DNA of 64,000 bases from Burkholderiales bacterium (GCA_031374415.1 JANMGB010000259.1:5169-69168); one strand, 5' to 3'; shown: positions 13,733 to 24,595, counted from the first letter of the stretch. Notes: a model not told the origin generated them from the sequence alone. A program made the numbers and translations.

Positions 13733-14259
13733 CTCTTGAGGTAAGCAGCGATGCCCTTGCTGATCTCTGCGCGCGCCGCGTCTGGGCCCTCCCAGCCTTT
13801 GACCTTGACCCACTTACCCTTCTCCAGGTCTTTGTAATGCTCAAAGAAGTGCTGGATTTGATTGAGGCGCAACTCGTGAAGGTCTTCGGGCTTTTGCCAG
13901 CTGGTGTAGATGGGCAAAATTTTGTCGATGGGAACCGCTAAAAGCTTGGCGTCACCGCCAGCCTCGTCGTCCATGTTCAACATGCCAATCGGTCGGCAGG
14001 TCACCACCACGCCAGGCGCCAGAGGAAATGGCGTGATCACCAATACGTCGACTGGATCGCCGTCGTCGGCCAGAGTTTGGGGCACGTAGCCGTAGTTGCA
14101 GGGGTAGTGCATGGCGGTGCTCATAAACCGATCAACGAACATGGCGCCAGTTTCTTTGTCAACCTCATACTTGATGGGATCCGCATTCATTGGGATCTCA
14201 ATGATCACGTTGAATTGATCAGGTGCATTTTTTCCAGGGGTAACGTTGTGAAGGCTCAT
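13729..14259 (-). CDS. ppa: soluble inorganic pyrophosphatase (family I)
   Basis: [23 protein letters not shown] start and motifs [11 protein letters not shown] and DGDPVDVLV. Start trimmed to the ATG at 14259. Confidence 0.93.
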
Positions 14260-14440
14260 GGGTGCATGTGAAGTGAGGATAAACCCCGATCTTATATGGC
14301 CCGGCTGACAACAGGGTTGGCCGGTTTGCCAGGGGAGTGGGCTTCCCGTAGCATGGGTTCGACTGAGGCCGAGTAACCGCCGCCACGGCTCGCCGTGTGC
14401 GGTCACAGGGTCAGCCCCCTTAACTGGAAGGAGCCGAACC

Positions 14441-16489
14441 TTGATCTCCACTCAGCAAGCACTCTATGGTGTCGCAGCATGTGGTGTGGCCGCCGTTGTG
14501 TACGGGTTCGCTCAGCGCGCTTGGATTTTGCGCCAAAGCATGGGTAGCGCGAGAATGCAAGTGATCGCCCTCGCGATACAGCAAGGCGCTGCAGCGTATT
14601 TGTCTCGGCAGTACAAGACGATTGCCGTCGTGGGTTTGATCCTGGCAGGTTTGTTGGCCGTCTTCATCGGCGGCCTCACTGCGGGGGGTTTTGTGGTGGG
14701 GGCGGTGTTGTCGGGTGCTTGCGGCTTCATCGGGATGAACGTCTCTGTACAGGCGAATGTGCGAACCACCCAAGCGGCCACCCAGGGTCTTGCGCCCGCC
14801 TTTTTGCTTGCCTTCAGGGGCGGTGCCATCACGGGCATGCTGGTGGTTGGCTTGGGATTGCTGGGCGTGACATTGTTGTTCTTCGCCCTGACAAAAGGGG
14901 GATCAGTACTCGGCGCCAGCCAAGAAGCTCTGCGACCTTTGTTGGGGTTCGCCTTTGGGGCCTCTCTCATTTCAATTTTTGCAAGACTGGGTGGAGGGAT
15001 TTTCACCAAAGGTGCGGATGTGGGTGCCGACCTGGTCGGCAAGGTCGAGGCAGGCATTCCCGAGGATGACCCCAGGAATCCGGCGGTGATTGCCGACAAT
15101 GTGGGTGATAACGTCGGCGACTGCGCAGGCATGGCTGCCGATCTGTTTGAAACTTATGCGGTCACCCTGATTGCCACCATGACCTTGGGCGCGTCACTCG
15201 TTGCCACGGCCCCGCTGGCTGCCGCAACCTACCCGCTGATGCTCGGTGGGTTTTCCATCCTGGCCTCGATGCTTGGATGCCACTTTGTGAGAGCCTCAGA
15301 GGGCATGACGAATGTGATGCCGGCACTGTACAGAGGCCTGCTCGTTGCGGGGGGGGTTTCGCTGGCTGGATTTTTCGTGATCACGCAATTTGCGATGCCC
15401 GACGATGCCCTCGGCGCACATACCCAGTGGCGATTGTTCGGTGCCTGCGCGGTGGGCTTGGTGCTGACGGGCGCCTTGGTGTGGATCACGGAGTACTACA
15501 CCGGAACGGGTTACGCACCCGTTCAGCACATTGCCCAAGCATCAACGACAGGACATGGAACCAATGTCATTGCCGGTCTGGGTGTCTCAATGCGTGCCAC
15601 TGCCTGGCCAGTCGCGTTTGTGTGTGTCGCCATTGCGACCGCACACCAACTTGCCGGGCTGTATGGCGTCGCAGTGGCGGCCACCGCGATGTTGAGCATG
15701 GCGGGCATTGTGGTGGCTCTGGATGCTTACGGCCCCATTACAGACAACGCAGGAGGCATCGCGGAAATGGCGGAGTTGCCTCAGAGCGTTCGCGATGTCA
15801 CCGACCCCCTTGATGCTGTGGGCAACACCACCAAAGCGATTACGAAGGGATACGCGATCGGCTCAGCGGGCTTGGCTGCCTTGGTCTTGTTTGCGGACTA
15901 CACCCACGCCCTGGAGGCCCAAGGCACTCATGTGGCCTTCGACTTGTCAAATCACATGGTGATCATCGGCCTGTTCATTGGGGGCATGATCCCCTACCTT
16001 TTCGGTGCAATGGCCATGGATGCCGTCGGGCGCGCGGCCGGTGCCGTGGTAGTGGAGGTGCGTCGTCAGTTTCGCGAAATCCCAGGAATCATGGACGGCA
16101 GCCACACACCAGAATACGGACGCGCCGTGGACATGCTCACGACGGCCGCCATCAAAGAAATGATCGTTCCCGGCTTATTGCCGGTGGTGGCACCCGTGGC
16201 TGTCGGATTGTTGCTGGGTCCGAGCGCCTTGGGAGGCTTGCTCATGGGGACCATCGTGACGGGCTTGTTCGTGGCGCTGTCGATGTGCACAGGGGGTGGC
16301 GCCTGGGACAATGCCAAAAAATACATCGAAGAGGGGCATCATGGCGGTAAAGGATCAGATGCCCATAAAGCAGCCGTGACAGGTGACACGGTGGGCGACC
16401 CCTACAAAGACACCGCAGGGCCTGCCATCAACCCGTTGATCAAGATCATCAACATCGTCGCGCTCTTGCTCGTGCCTCTCATAAGTTGA
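14441..16489 (+). CDS. hppA: membrane-integral H+-translocating pyrophosphatase (K+-independent type)
   Basis: 682 aa polytopic protein with [39 protein letters not shown] and [19 protein letters not shown] carries the Lys variant associated with K+ independence. GGAAGGAG lies 7 nt upstream of the TTG start. Confidence 0.93.
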   Translation: MISTQQALYGVAACGVAAVVYGFAQRAWILRQSMGSARMQVIALAIQQGAAAYLSRQYKTIAVVGLILAGLLAVFIGGLTAGGFVVGAVLSGACGFIGMNVSVQANVRTTQAATQGLAPAFLLAFRGGAITGMLVVGLGLLGVTLLFFALTKGGSVLGASQEALRPLLGFAFGASLISIFARLGGGIFTKGADVGADLVGKVEAGIPEDDPRNPAVIADNVGDNVGDCAGMAADLFETYAVTLIATMTLGASLVATAPLAAATYPLMLGGFSILASMLGCHFVRASEGMTNVMPALYRGLLVAGGVSLAGFFVITQFAMPDDALGAHTQWRLFGACAVGLVLTGALVWITEYYTGTGYAPVQHIAQASTTGHGTNVIAGLGVSMRATAWPVAFVCVAIATAHQLAGLYGVAVAATAMLSMAGIVVALDAYGPITDNAGGIAEMAELPQSVRDVTDPLDAVGNTTKAITKGYAIGSAGLAALVLFADYTHALEAQGTHVAFDLSNHMVIIGLFIGGMIPYLFGAMAMDAVGRAAGAVVVEVRRQFREIPGIMDGSHTPEYGRAVDMLTTAAIKEMIVPGLLPVVAPVAVGLLLGPSALGGLLMGTIVTGLFVALSMCTGGGAWDNAKKYIEEGHHGGKGSDAHKAAVTGDTVGDPYKDTAGPAINPLIKIINIVALLLVPLIS

Positions 16490-16702
16490 GGCTCGGGCAT
16501 CGAGGAAGTGTCTGACAAACAACTCGTTACACGCATTTTCGCCAATCCGCGAAAATTTCCACAGTTTGGGCGTGCTTCACTCAAAGAAAACCGTGCCCGC
16601 GGCTTGAAACAGCCGCGGAGAAAAATTTCTTGCATCGCGGTCATCCGTTCAATCAGAACCTGCGTTGTTAGGCCAGGTCCATTGATTCCCCAAGTGAACG
16701 GT

Positions 16703-16879
16703 ATGAAGGCTTCGGTCATGAAAAATTTGAGCAATGCCCACCAGGCTCCCAAAACTTCGCCCCAGCAGTTTGACTGGGCTCAGGACAAAGGCAGCAAGTT
16801 GGAGCCGTTCTACATCGCGGCCATCGGCAGTGACCGACGCAGCTTGGCTCGAGCCATTAAGTTTGATCAGCGCCGCTGA
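16703..16879 (+). CDS. hypothetical small protein (58 aa)
   Basis: An ORF with GC-rich third positions, followed about 40 nt later by a strong same-strand terminator. No recognisable SD and no motif recognised. Confidence 0.3.
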   Translation: MKASVMKNLSNAHQAPKTSPQQFDWAQDKGSKLEPFYIAAIGSDRRSLARAIKFDQRR

Positions 16880-16921
16880 CCCTGTCTCTCGGCAGAACTT
16901 TGTTACCTTCAACTTTTCGGT

Positions 16922-16948
16922 AAGGTGCCACGCGGCACCTTATTTTTT
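16922..16948 (+). terminator. rho-independent terminator
   Basis: AAGGTGCC-ACGC-GGCACCTT perfect 8-bp stem followed by ATTTTTT. Confidence 0.6.
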
Positions 16949-17058
16949 GGGCTGGCCAAACGCGTGGGATTTGGTTTTAGGTCGCCACAGAACAGCGTGA
17001 CTTCGGGTTCTGCTCGACGCGGTCATATATCCTCCGCGATTCACTCTTCACCTCTGCA

Positions 17059-19104
17059 ATGAACCCGACTGTTCTCAAGAGCTTGTTCGCAGGCACCATC
17101 TTCAGCAGTGCATTTTTGTTGTTCCTTGTTCAACCCTTGATTGCCAAGCAAATTTTGCCTTGGTTTGGCGGATCGGCCGCGGTGTGGTCGATTTGCATGG
17201 TGTTTTTTCAGGTGATTTTGCTGGCCGGCTACGCCTACTCTGACTGGATCACGCGATTGGCGGCTCGTACTCAGGCCAAAGTCCATGTCGGGCTGCTGTT
17301 GGGGAGTTTGTTTTTTTTGCCGGTTGTCACGAACGCGCGCTGGAAGCCCAGCGGAACAGAGGATCCCACGATTTGGATTTTGGGGCTGCTTCTGACAACG
17401 ATTGGCTTGCCGTATTTTTTGCTGTCGACCACGGGGCCTTTGGTGCAATCGTGGCTCGCACGGACCCCTTGGGGCGCTCAGGTTTACCGCTATTTTTCGC
17501 TCTCGAACCTGGCGTCGTTGGCCTCGTTGCTGGCCTACCCCGTATTGATTGAGCCGCGGACTGCCCTGCTCCAACAGGCCTTGGGGTGGTCGTATGGGTA
17601 CGCTGTTTTTGTGGCGCTGTGCGCTTGTGCCAGCTTTTATGCGGCGCGGCAGTCTCAAGCGCAATCGGCGGCTGCACCCACTGCGCCCGCGCCCAACAAG
17701 ACAGAGACGGTGAACTCACCTGCGCCCACCTGGGGGACGCATCTGATGTGGCTGGCGTTGCCGGCCTTGGGCTCGTGGTTGCTGCTGGCAATCACCAATC
17801 ACATCACGCAAAACGTTGCAGCGATTCCTTTTTTGTGGGTCTTGCCGCTGTCTGTTTATTTGTTTTCTTTTGTGCTGACGTTTGAAAGTGACCGTTGGTA
17901 TCGGCGCGGTATTGCCTTACCAGCCACGGCCATCGTTTTGGCACTGTGTGCATTCGGCCTTCAAGACAGCATTGGCTCAGATGTCAAAACTGCGCTGCCG
18001 ATCTATGTGGTTGGACTGTTTGTGTTGTGCATGTTTTTGCATGGTGAGATGGCGCGCATCCGGCCGGGACCACGGTACCTGACTCGGTTTTACTTGATGC
18101 TGTCGCTCGGCGGTGCGCTGGGTGGCGTGAGCGTGGGATTGATCGCCCCCCAGGTATTGCCTGCTTACTATGAGTTGGGGATTGGTTTGGCGCTCACGGC
18201 GCTGCTGGGTATTGCTGTGCTGCGGCCCGCTCGCATGCTCATGGCGGGCAGCCTGCTTTTGACGACTTTGTGTGTGTTTTACCTGGTCGTGCAAGTACGG
18301 GCGGATAGGCATGATGCCCGACAGATGATGCGGAATTTCTATGGCACGCTGATTTCTTTGGACAGCATAGATACAAAGCATCCCGCCAACAGCGTGCGCC
18401 AGCTTTATCACGGGTCGGTCAAGCACGGGGAGCAGTATCTCTCTGTAGAACGTCGACGCGAACCCACCACGTATTACGGTGCCACATCCGGTGTGGGCCG
18501 CGCCTTGACCACCGCCCCCGCAGGCGCACGCAAGGTCGGCCTGATCGGCTTGGGGGCAGGAACGCTTGCGAGCTACGGACGAGCCGGTGATGTCTACCGC
18601 GTCTATGAGATCAACCCGCAGGTGTTTGATTTGGCTGACAGTGAGTTCACTTTTTTGAAGGACAGTGCGGCACGCATTGATCGAGTCTTGGGCGATGCCC
18701 GCCTGGCGATGGAAAGGGAGGCGCCTCAAGACTTCGATGTGTTGGCAGTGGATGCATTTTCGGGCGACTCAGTGCCCATCCATCTGATCACGACGGAAGC
18801 GATGGATGTTTATATGCGCCATATGAAGCACGATGGTGTCGTGGCTTTTCATGTGACTAACCGCTTTTTGGCACTGCCGCCTGTGGTGGAGAAGATCGCG
18901 CTGGCCAAAGATTTGCATGTGGCTTTTGTGCATGACGATGCCAAGGACTCTGATCTGCGACGCACAGACTGGGTGCTGGTGAGTCGCAGTGCAGTGCGAT
19001 TGCAGCACCCCGACATCAAGTCGGTGACCTCAGCCATTGCGCCGATTCCAGGGCTTAAACCTTGGTCGGATGACTTCAATAACTTGTTTGGGGTGCTGAA
19101 GTGA
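17059..19104 (+). CDS. fused polytopic membrane domain / spermidine-synthase-like methyltransferase-fold protein
   Basis: About 400 aa of TM helices, then a spermidine synthase-like C-terminal domain (GLIGLGAGTLASYG...VYEINP...FDVLAVDAFSGDSVPIHLIT). Confidence 0.75.
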   Translation: MNPTVLKSLFAGTIFSSAFLLFLVQPLIAKQILPWFGGSAAVWSICMVFFQVILLAGYAYSDWITRLAARTQAKVHVGLLLGSLFFLPVVTNARWKPSGTEDPTIWILGLLLTTIGLPYFLLSTTGPLVQSWLARTPWGAQVYRYFSLSNLASLASLLAYPVLIEPRTALLQQALGWSYGYAVFVALCACASFYAARQSQAQSAAAPTAPAPNKTETVNSPAPTWGTHLMWLALPALGSWLLLAITNHITQNVAAIPFLWVLPLSVYLFSFVLTFESDRWYRRGIALPATAIVLALCAFGLQDSIGSDVKTALPIYVVGLFVLCMFLHGEMARIRPGPRYLTRFYLMLSLGGALGGVSVGLIAPQVLPAYYELGIGLALTALLGIAVLRPARMLMAGSLLLTTLCVFYLVVQVRADRHDARQMMRNFYGTLISLDSIDTKHPANSVRQLYHGSVKHGEQYLSVERRREPTTYYGATSGVGRALTTAPAGARKVGLIGLGAGTLASYGRAGDVYRVYEINPQVFDLADSEFTFLKDSAARIDRVLGDARLAMEREAPQDFDVLAVDAFSGDSVPIHLITTEAMDVYMRHMKHDGVVAFHVTNRFLALPPVVEKIALAKDLHVAFVHDDAKDSDLRRTDWVLVSRSAVRLQHPDIKSVTSAIAPIPGLKPWSDDFNNLFGVLK

Positions 19105-20320
19105 GATGCTCAGCCGAGCTCTTTGAGAAGCTCAAGGGCAAGGTTTCCCAGCCTCGGTAGAGCAGGTTGCCGCTCGGCTTGGCAGCCCCAGCCAGGTGGG
19201 GTTGCTGGCCGCGTTGTAAGAGGGTGCTCCAGACCGCTTGGGCTTCGAGGTAGGTGAGCGCAGCGCCAATGCATGCGTGCGGCCCGGTGCCAAATGACAG
19301 GTGGGGTGCCTGCCTGCGACTCAGATGCAAGGTGTGCGGGTCGGTATAGACCTTGGGGTCGCGGTTGGCCGCGCCAACCAAGGGAATGACCAATTCGCCA
19401 CGCTGGAATGCGTGCCCATGCATTGAAAAGGCCTGTGCCACACGGCGGCCTGTGTATTGCACAGGGCTGTCAAAGCGGAGCATTTCACGCATCGCCTGGG
19501 GCAACAACTCTGGCTCGTTCTGCATTTGAGCCCAGGCACCGGGTTGCTTGAGTACGGCATGCATGCCGTTGCCCAGCAAATGGCGCGTGGTTTCATGGCC
19601 GGCAAATAGCAACATCACGCATTGGGCTAGCAGCTCTTCTGTCGAACGAATGTGGCCTTGGGCTTCGGCTTGCAAGAGGATGCCGGTCCAGTCTGCCGGC
19701 TGTGTTGCTTGAGGGCGCTGCCGGCGACGCCTGAGCTCGCGTTGAAAGACTGCCGCCAGGGCGAGCGCGCCGCGTTGAGCACGCAGGCCCAAAGTCAAGT
19801 CGGGCGAGGGATGTCCAATGAAGGCTGCAATGTCATCAGACCAGCTGACGAAGTCGTCAGTTTGAATGTCTTGTAAACCCATGAGGCGCGCGATGACCCT
19901 GGCAGGAATGGGGCGTGCGATGGTTTGCATGAAATCAAAGGGCTGCCCCGCTGGCAGGGCGTCAAGGGCGGCATGGACATCGTCACGAATGTGCTGGCTG
20001 AGTGCTTGCCAAGCTGAGGGGTGAAATGCGGGGGCCAACACCCGGCGCAGGCGAGTGTGGTCAGGCGCGTCAAGAAAAAGCAGTGCACGTGCAAACAGGC
20101 GTTGAAACGGCGCCAGCTTTTCTCGGGCGGACTCGTCAGTGTCGAGCAACCAGCCGCCTGTTCGGCGAGCTGACAGACGCTCGTCTTTGAGCGCAGCAGC
20201 CACATCGTCATAGTGACTGAGCAGCCACGCCCCACCGAAAAACTCCTCGCTGTATTGAACACGCCCTTGAGCCTGAAGACTGGCGTAGGCGGGGTAAGGA
20301 TCTGCGGCAGAGAACATCAT
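19076..20320 (-). CDS. cytochrome P450, last gene of the bio operon (BioI-like candidate)
   Basis: I-helix AGHETT, ExxR (EMLR) and heme-thiolate loop FGTGPHACIGAAL. Its ATG overlaps the bioD stop (ATGA). Confidence 0.9.
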   Translation of the reverse strand: MMFSAADPYPAYASLQAQGRVQYSEEFFGGAWLLSHYDDVAAALKDERLSARRTGGWLLDTDESAREKLAPFQRLFARALLFLDAPDHTRLRRVLAPAFHPSAWQALSQHIRDDVHAALDALPAGQPFDFMQTIARPIPARVIARLMGLQDIQTDDFVSWSDDIAAFIGHPSPDLTLGLRAQRGALALAAVFQRELRRRRQRPQATQPADWTGILLQAEAQGHIRSTEELLAQCVMLLFAGHETTRHLLGNGMHAVLKQPGAWAQMQNEPELLPQAMREMLRFDSPVQYTGRRVAQAFSMHGHAFQRGELVIPLVGAANRDPKVYTDPHTLHLSRRQAPHLSFGTGPHACIGAALTYLEAQAVWSTLLQRGQQPHLAGAAKPSGNLLYRGWETLPLSFSKSSAEHLTSAPQTSY

Positions 20321-21003
20321 TTTTTGAGGGTGCGCAGGATGAGTGCGCTATCAAGTGCTGCCGCCGCTTGAGCCGGATGGGGGGCGGGCATCCAGGGAAT
20401 GTCACCCCAGCATGGGGCAGGCAGCAGGGACTTCAAGCTCGCCAGGTTGTCGTCTGCCCAGGGCATGTGGGGATCGATGCGATTGCAAACCCAACCCGCC
20501 AGTGTGAGACCACGGGATGCGATGGCTTGCATGGTCAAAAGTGAATGATTGATGCAGCCCAGGCGCAGGCCGACCACCAGAATGACTGGCCATTGCAGTT
20601 CAGCCGCAACGTCGTCGAGTCCCCAACGCGGGTTCAGACCGAGCGGGACGCAGAAGCCCCCGGCACCCTCGGCAATGATCATGTCCAGCTCGTCGCCCAG
20701 AGCCTGAGCCCTTGCCTGCCAGCCGCGGCGCGGCAAGCTCACGCCTTGCATTTGCGCCGCAAGATGCGGTGCGCAGGCGGCGCGAAACTGATAGGGGCCA
20801 ACTTGCTCCCGGTTGACAGGGATGCTGGAGGCCGCCTGAAGGGCCTCTACGTCTTCGTTATCACCAGACTCGCTCGTACCTGCCGCCACGGGCTTGAATC
20901 CGGCTACGCGCCAGCCTTGCGCGGACAGCAGGTGCAACAGGGCTACGCTGACACAGGTCTTGCCTACGCCCGTGTCGGTTCCGGTGATGAACAGACCGCT
21001 CAT
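20317..21003 (-). CDS. bioD: dethiobiotin synthase
   Basis: P-loop GTDTGVGKT; 228 aa. Start overlaps the bioF stop (TGATG). Confidence 0.88.
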   Translation of the reverse strand: MSGLFITGTDTGVGKTCVSVALLHLLSAQGWRVAGFKPVAAGTSESGDNEDVEALQAASSIPVNREQVGPYQFRAACAPHLAAQMQGVSLPRRGWQARAQALGDELDMIIAEGAGGFCVPLGLNPRWGLDDVAAELQWPVILVVGLRLGCINHSLLTMQAIASRGLTLAGWVCNRIDPHMPWADDNLASLKSLLPAPCWGDIPWMPAPHPAQAAAALDSALILRTLKK

Positions 21004-22226
21004 CAGCCGTCAGCGCGCGCGGCATGACCAAGCGCCGATAGCAGGCAATCAAGGTCGGCTACGGTGTGGCTCGCACTGAGCGTGACGCGCAGCCTGGCCG
21101 TGCCCAAGGGGACGGTGGGCGGTCGGATGGCAGGCACCCACAGGCCGGCTTGCTCCAGTTGACGGCTCAAACTCAGCGCTGCCATGTTGTCGCCAATCAG
21201 CAAGGGCTGGATGGGGGTGTCGGACTCTGCCCAACGCCACCCTGGCGGGAGGTCAGCCGACGGAGCTTGGTGCAAGCGGCGAATCAAGGTTTGCAGCTGT
21301 TGTCGTCGGGCATGACCCTGCTCCCCTTGGATCAAACGCAGGCTGTGCAGGACGGTGTGGGCCTGCGCTGGGGGCGATGCCGTGGTGTAGATGTAGCTGC
21401 GTGCAGTGTTGACGAGCCAGTCGATCAGGGTGGCGTGTGCGACCACGAACGCACCCGCTACGCCAGCCGCTTTGCCCAAGGTGCCCATGTAGACCAAACG
21501 CTCGCTCGAAACCTTCCAGTGGGCCAGGCTGCCCTGCCCTTGCTCGCCGAGGACACCAAAGCCATGGGCATCATCGATGATCAGCCAAGCATCATGTGCC
21601 TGCGCCAGCCGGAGTAGCTCAGGCACAGGCGCCATGCTGCCGTCCATGCTGAACACGGCGTCTGTCACGATGAATTTGAGTGGTGTGTCGCAACGCTGAA
21701 GTTGATCCGCCAGGCGCTCCAGGTTGGCGTGCGGATAACGTTGAACTTTGGCTGCGGCCAGTCGAGCACCGTCAATCAGAGAGGCGTGGTTGAGTTTGTC
21801 GCAGAAAAGCGTGGCGTCGGCTGAACCTAGGGCAGTGAGTACAGCGATGTTGGCCGTGTAGCCCGTGGAAAAATACAGGGCGCGCGCTTGAGAAATATGA
21901 GGAGCCTGCCACCGGGCTAACTCGCTCTCAAGTTGAGCGTGGGCCGCGCTGTGACCGCTGATCAGGTGGGATGCGCCACTGCCTACCCCGTAGCGTTGCG
22001 CGCCTTGGGCCCACGCCTCAATCAGTTCAGGGTGATTCGCCAGACCCAGGTAGTCGTTACTGCAAAAAGCGAGCATGGGGGTGCCCAGATCGCTGGCGTC
22101 CGACTGAGGGCACTCGGCGCGGACTCGAAGGTGGGGGGCGCAGGGCCCCAGGGAGACCCGGACCTGCCGACGGGTGTGCTCCATACTGCGGGCCTCCAGG
22201 CGTTGTTGCAGGAGATCAAGCAGCAT
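21003..22226 (-). CDS. bioF: 8-amino-7-oxononanoate synthase
   Basis: Alpha-oxoamine synthase blocks SNDYLGL, HASLIDG and the PLP-Lys context GTLGKAAG. Overlaps the bioA stop by 11 nt. Confidence 0.9.
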   Translation of the reverse strand: MLLDLLQQRLEARSMEHTRRQVRVSLGPCAPHLRVRAECPQSDASDLGTPMLAFCSNDYLGLANHPELIEAWAQGAQRYGVGSGASHLISGHSAAHAQLESELARWQAPHISQARALYFSTGYTANIAVLTALGSADATLFCDKLNHASLIDGARLAAAKVQRYPHANLERLADQLQRCDTPLKFIVTDAVFSMDGSMAPVPELLRLAQAHDAWLIIDDAHGFGVLGEQGQGSLAHWKVSSERLVYMGTLGKAAGVAGAFVVAHATLIDWLVNTARSYIYTTASPPAQAHTVLHSLRLIQGEQGHARRQQLQTLIRRLHQAPSADLPPGWRWAESDTPIQPLLIGDNMAALSLSRQLEQAGLWVPAIRPPTVPLGTARLRVTLSASHTVADLDCLLSALGHAARADG

Positions 22227-23550
22227 GGAGCACGGCGCTCAAGGTCGACAGGGTCCGCTCGGCCAACCAGGCGTAGTCCTCAACCGACAACAGATAGGGG
22301 GGCATCAGGTAGACCGTGCGCCCGATGGGGCGGATCAGGAGTTCGTGCTGAAGGCCGGCCTGATGGAAGCGCTCAGCGAAATCGGGCCGCTGGGTTTGGA
22401 CGTCAAAGGCCCAGACCATGCCGCATTGGCGAATGTGGGCGACGTGCTCATTCGACCGGAGACCCTCCCAAGCCTTGCTGATGGGCGCAGTGAGTTGGGC
22501 GTTGCGACCAAGAATGTCGTCGTGCTCGAACCGCTCTAGGACGGTCTGGGCCGCGCGACAGGCCAATGCATTGCCACTGTAAGAATGCGAGTGCAAAAAT
22601 GTGCGCGCGGTGTCATCGTGCCAAAACGCTTGAAAAATGGCTCCTCTGGTGAGTACCACTGACAACGGGAGGTAGCCGCCCGTGATGCCCTTGGACAAGG
22701 TGATGAAGTGGGGCCAAAGTGGCGGTTGGCCAGGGCGGGTCGCTTGCTCAAACGCAAAGAAGCTGCCGGTACGGCCGCAACCGACTGCAATTTCGTCCGC
22801 AATGAGGTGCACGTTCCAGGTCTCGCACAGCGCATGGACACCCCGCAGGTACGCTGGATCGTGCATGGCCATGCCTGCGGCACACTGGATCAGTGGCTCG
22901 ATGATCAGGGCGGCGATGTGGTCTGCGCGGGAACGAAACAGCTCACTCAAGGCGTGTAGTGCGCGCTGTGTGACATCGGCCGGGGTTTCGCCAGCTTGGG
23001 CTTGACGCGCATCGGGGGAGGCGACGATGTGCGCCCGCATGAGCAACGGATCGTAGGCGTCTCGAAAGACGGCAACGTCAGTGACTGACAATGCGCCCAG
23101 GGTCTCGCCGTGATAGCTGTTTTGTAGGCATACGAACTCGCGCTTGTGAGCCTTGCCTTCGTTGCGCCATGCGTGAAAACTCATCTTCAGGGCGATTTCA
23201 ACCGCCGATGCGCCATCGCTGCCATAGAAAGCATGCCCCAGCACACCGCCTGTACGCGCTGAGAGTTTTTCGGCCACCTGGACCGCACTGTCTTGAGTGC
23301 AGCCAGCCAGCATGACGTGGGGCAAGGTGTCGAGTTGGTCTTTGAGTGCCGCGTTGATTTGGGGGTCGGCATGGCCGAAGAGGTTGACCCACCAGGAGCT
23401 GATGGCATCAAAGTAGCGGCGTCCTTCGGTGTCATAGAGCCAAGGCCCGCGACCCCGTGCAATCGCCAGGGGGGGAGTGTCGTGCGCACGCTTCATGGGC
23501 GTGCAGGGGTGCCAAACGCTGCGCAAGCTGCGAGCCGCCAAATCGTTCAT
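22216..23550 (-). CDS. bioA: adenosylmethionine-8-amino-7-oxononanoate aminotransferase
   Basis: Class III aminotransferase with LIADEIAVGCGRTG and PLP-Lys in LSKGITGGYLPLS. Start trimmed to the ATG at 23550 so it no longer overlaps bioB. Confidence 0.9.
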   Translation of the reverse strand: MNDLAARSLRSVWHPCTPMKRAHDTPPLAIARGRGPWLYDTEGRRYFDAISSWWVNLFGHADPQINAALKDQLDTLPHVMLAGCTQDSAVQVAEKLSARTGGVLGHAFYGSDGASAVEIALKMSFHAWRNEGKAHKREFVCLQNSYHGETLGALSVTDVAVFRDAYDPLLMRAHIVASPDARQAQAGETPADVTQRALHALSELFRSRADHIAALIIEPLIQCAAGMAMHDPAYLRGVHALCETWNVHLIADEIAVGCGRTGSFFAFEQATRPGQPPLWPHFITLSKGITGGYLPLSVVLTRGAIFQAFWHDDTARTFLHSHSYSGNALACRAAQTVLERFEHDDILGRNAQLTAPISKAWEGLRSNEHVAHIRQCGMVWAFDVQTQRPDFAERFHQAGLQHELLIRPIGRTVYLMPPYLLSVEDYAWLAERTLSTLSAVLHAA

Positions 23551-23578
23551 GGCCGAGGTCTGTCTCGTTTGAACAGTA

Positions 23579-24595
23579 TCAGCAGGCCAGCAGGCCGAGC
23601 TTGGCGAACAGACGTTGATCTCGCTCCCAGTCGGGGTTGCCGGTGGTGAGAAGTTTGTCGCCATAAAAAATGGAGTTGGCACCCGCCAAAAAACAAAGGG
23701 CCTGGACGGCGTCGCTCATGGCTTGGCGCCCAGCCGACAATCGCACGCGCGCTTTGGGCATGGTGATGCGGGCCACAGCAATGGTGCGGACAAACTCCAG
23801 GGGGTCGAGCGGATCCGTGCCGTGAAGCGGAGTGCCTTCAACCTGAACCAAGTTGTTGATGGGCACCGACTCAGGGTAAGGCTCCATGTTGGCAAGCTGG
23901 GCGATGAGGCCCGCTCGCTCGGTGCTGCTCTCACCCATGCCGACGATGCCACCGCTGCAAACATGCATGCCCGCCTGGCGAACATGGGCCAGGGTGTCGA
24001 GGCGGTCTTGATAGTCACGGGTGGTGATCACGCGACCGTAGGCCTCCGGCGCGGTGTCGAGGTTGTGGTTGTAGTAGTCCAGGCCAGCGCCTTTGAGGGT
24101 GCGGGCTTGGGCCTCACTCAACATGCCCAAGGTGCAGCACGCTTCGAGGCCGAGGTCTTTGACGACGCCGATCAACTCGGCAACTTTCTCGATGTCGCGG
24201 TCTTTGGGGGCGCGCCATGCGGCCCCCATGCAAAAGCGGGACGCGCCCTGCGCCTTGGCCGCCTCGGCCGCCTCGCGCACCGCCGACACATCGAGCAGCT
24301 TGCTGGCCTCAAGCCCGGTGTTGTAGTGAACCGATTGGGGGCAATAGCCGCAGTCCTCCGGACAACCCCCTGTCTTGATGGACAGCAAGGTCGACAACTG
24401 AACCTCGTTGGCGGGAAAGTGCTGGCGGTGCACCTGCTGAGCCTGAAACAGCAAGTCGTTGAATGGCAAGGCGAAAAGCGCCTCGACCTGGGCGATGGGC
24501 CAACGAAGCTCGGTGGAAGCGGCGGATGCCACTGCAACTGAATCTCCGGGCGAGTGCCAGCGTACAGCTTGCTCGGTCATCATGGGTGAATTCAT
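23579..24595 (-). CDS. bioB: biotin synthase (radical SAM)
   Basis: CxxxCxxC cluster motif [11 protein letters not shown], plus YNHNLDT and GGIVGMGE. Confidence 0.93.
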   Translation of the reverse strand: MNSPMMTEQAVRWHSPGDSVAVASAASTELRWPIAQVEALFALPFNDLLFQAQQVHRQHFPANEVQLSTLLSIKTGGCPEDCGYCPQSVHYNTGLEASKLLDVSAVREAAEAAKAQGASRFCMGAAWRAPKDRDIEKVAELIGVVKDLGLEACCTLGMLSEAQARTLKGAGLDYYNHNLDTAPEAYGRVITTRDYQDRLDTLAHVRQAGMHVCSGGIVGMGESSTERAGLIAQLANMEPYPESVPINNLVQVEGTPLHGTDPLDPLEFVRTIAVARITMPKARVRLSAGRQAMSDAVQALCFLAGANSIFYGDKLLTTGNPDWERDQRLFAKLGLLAC

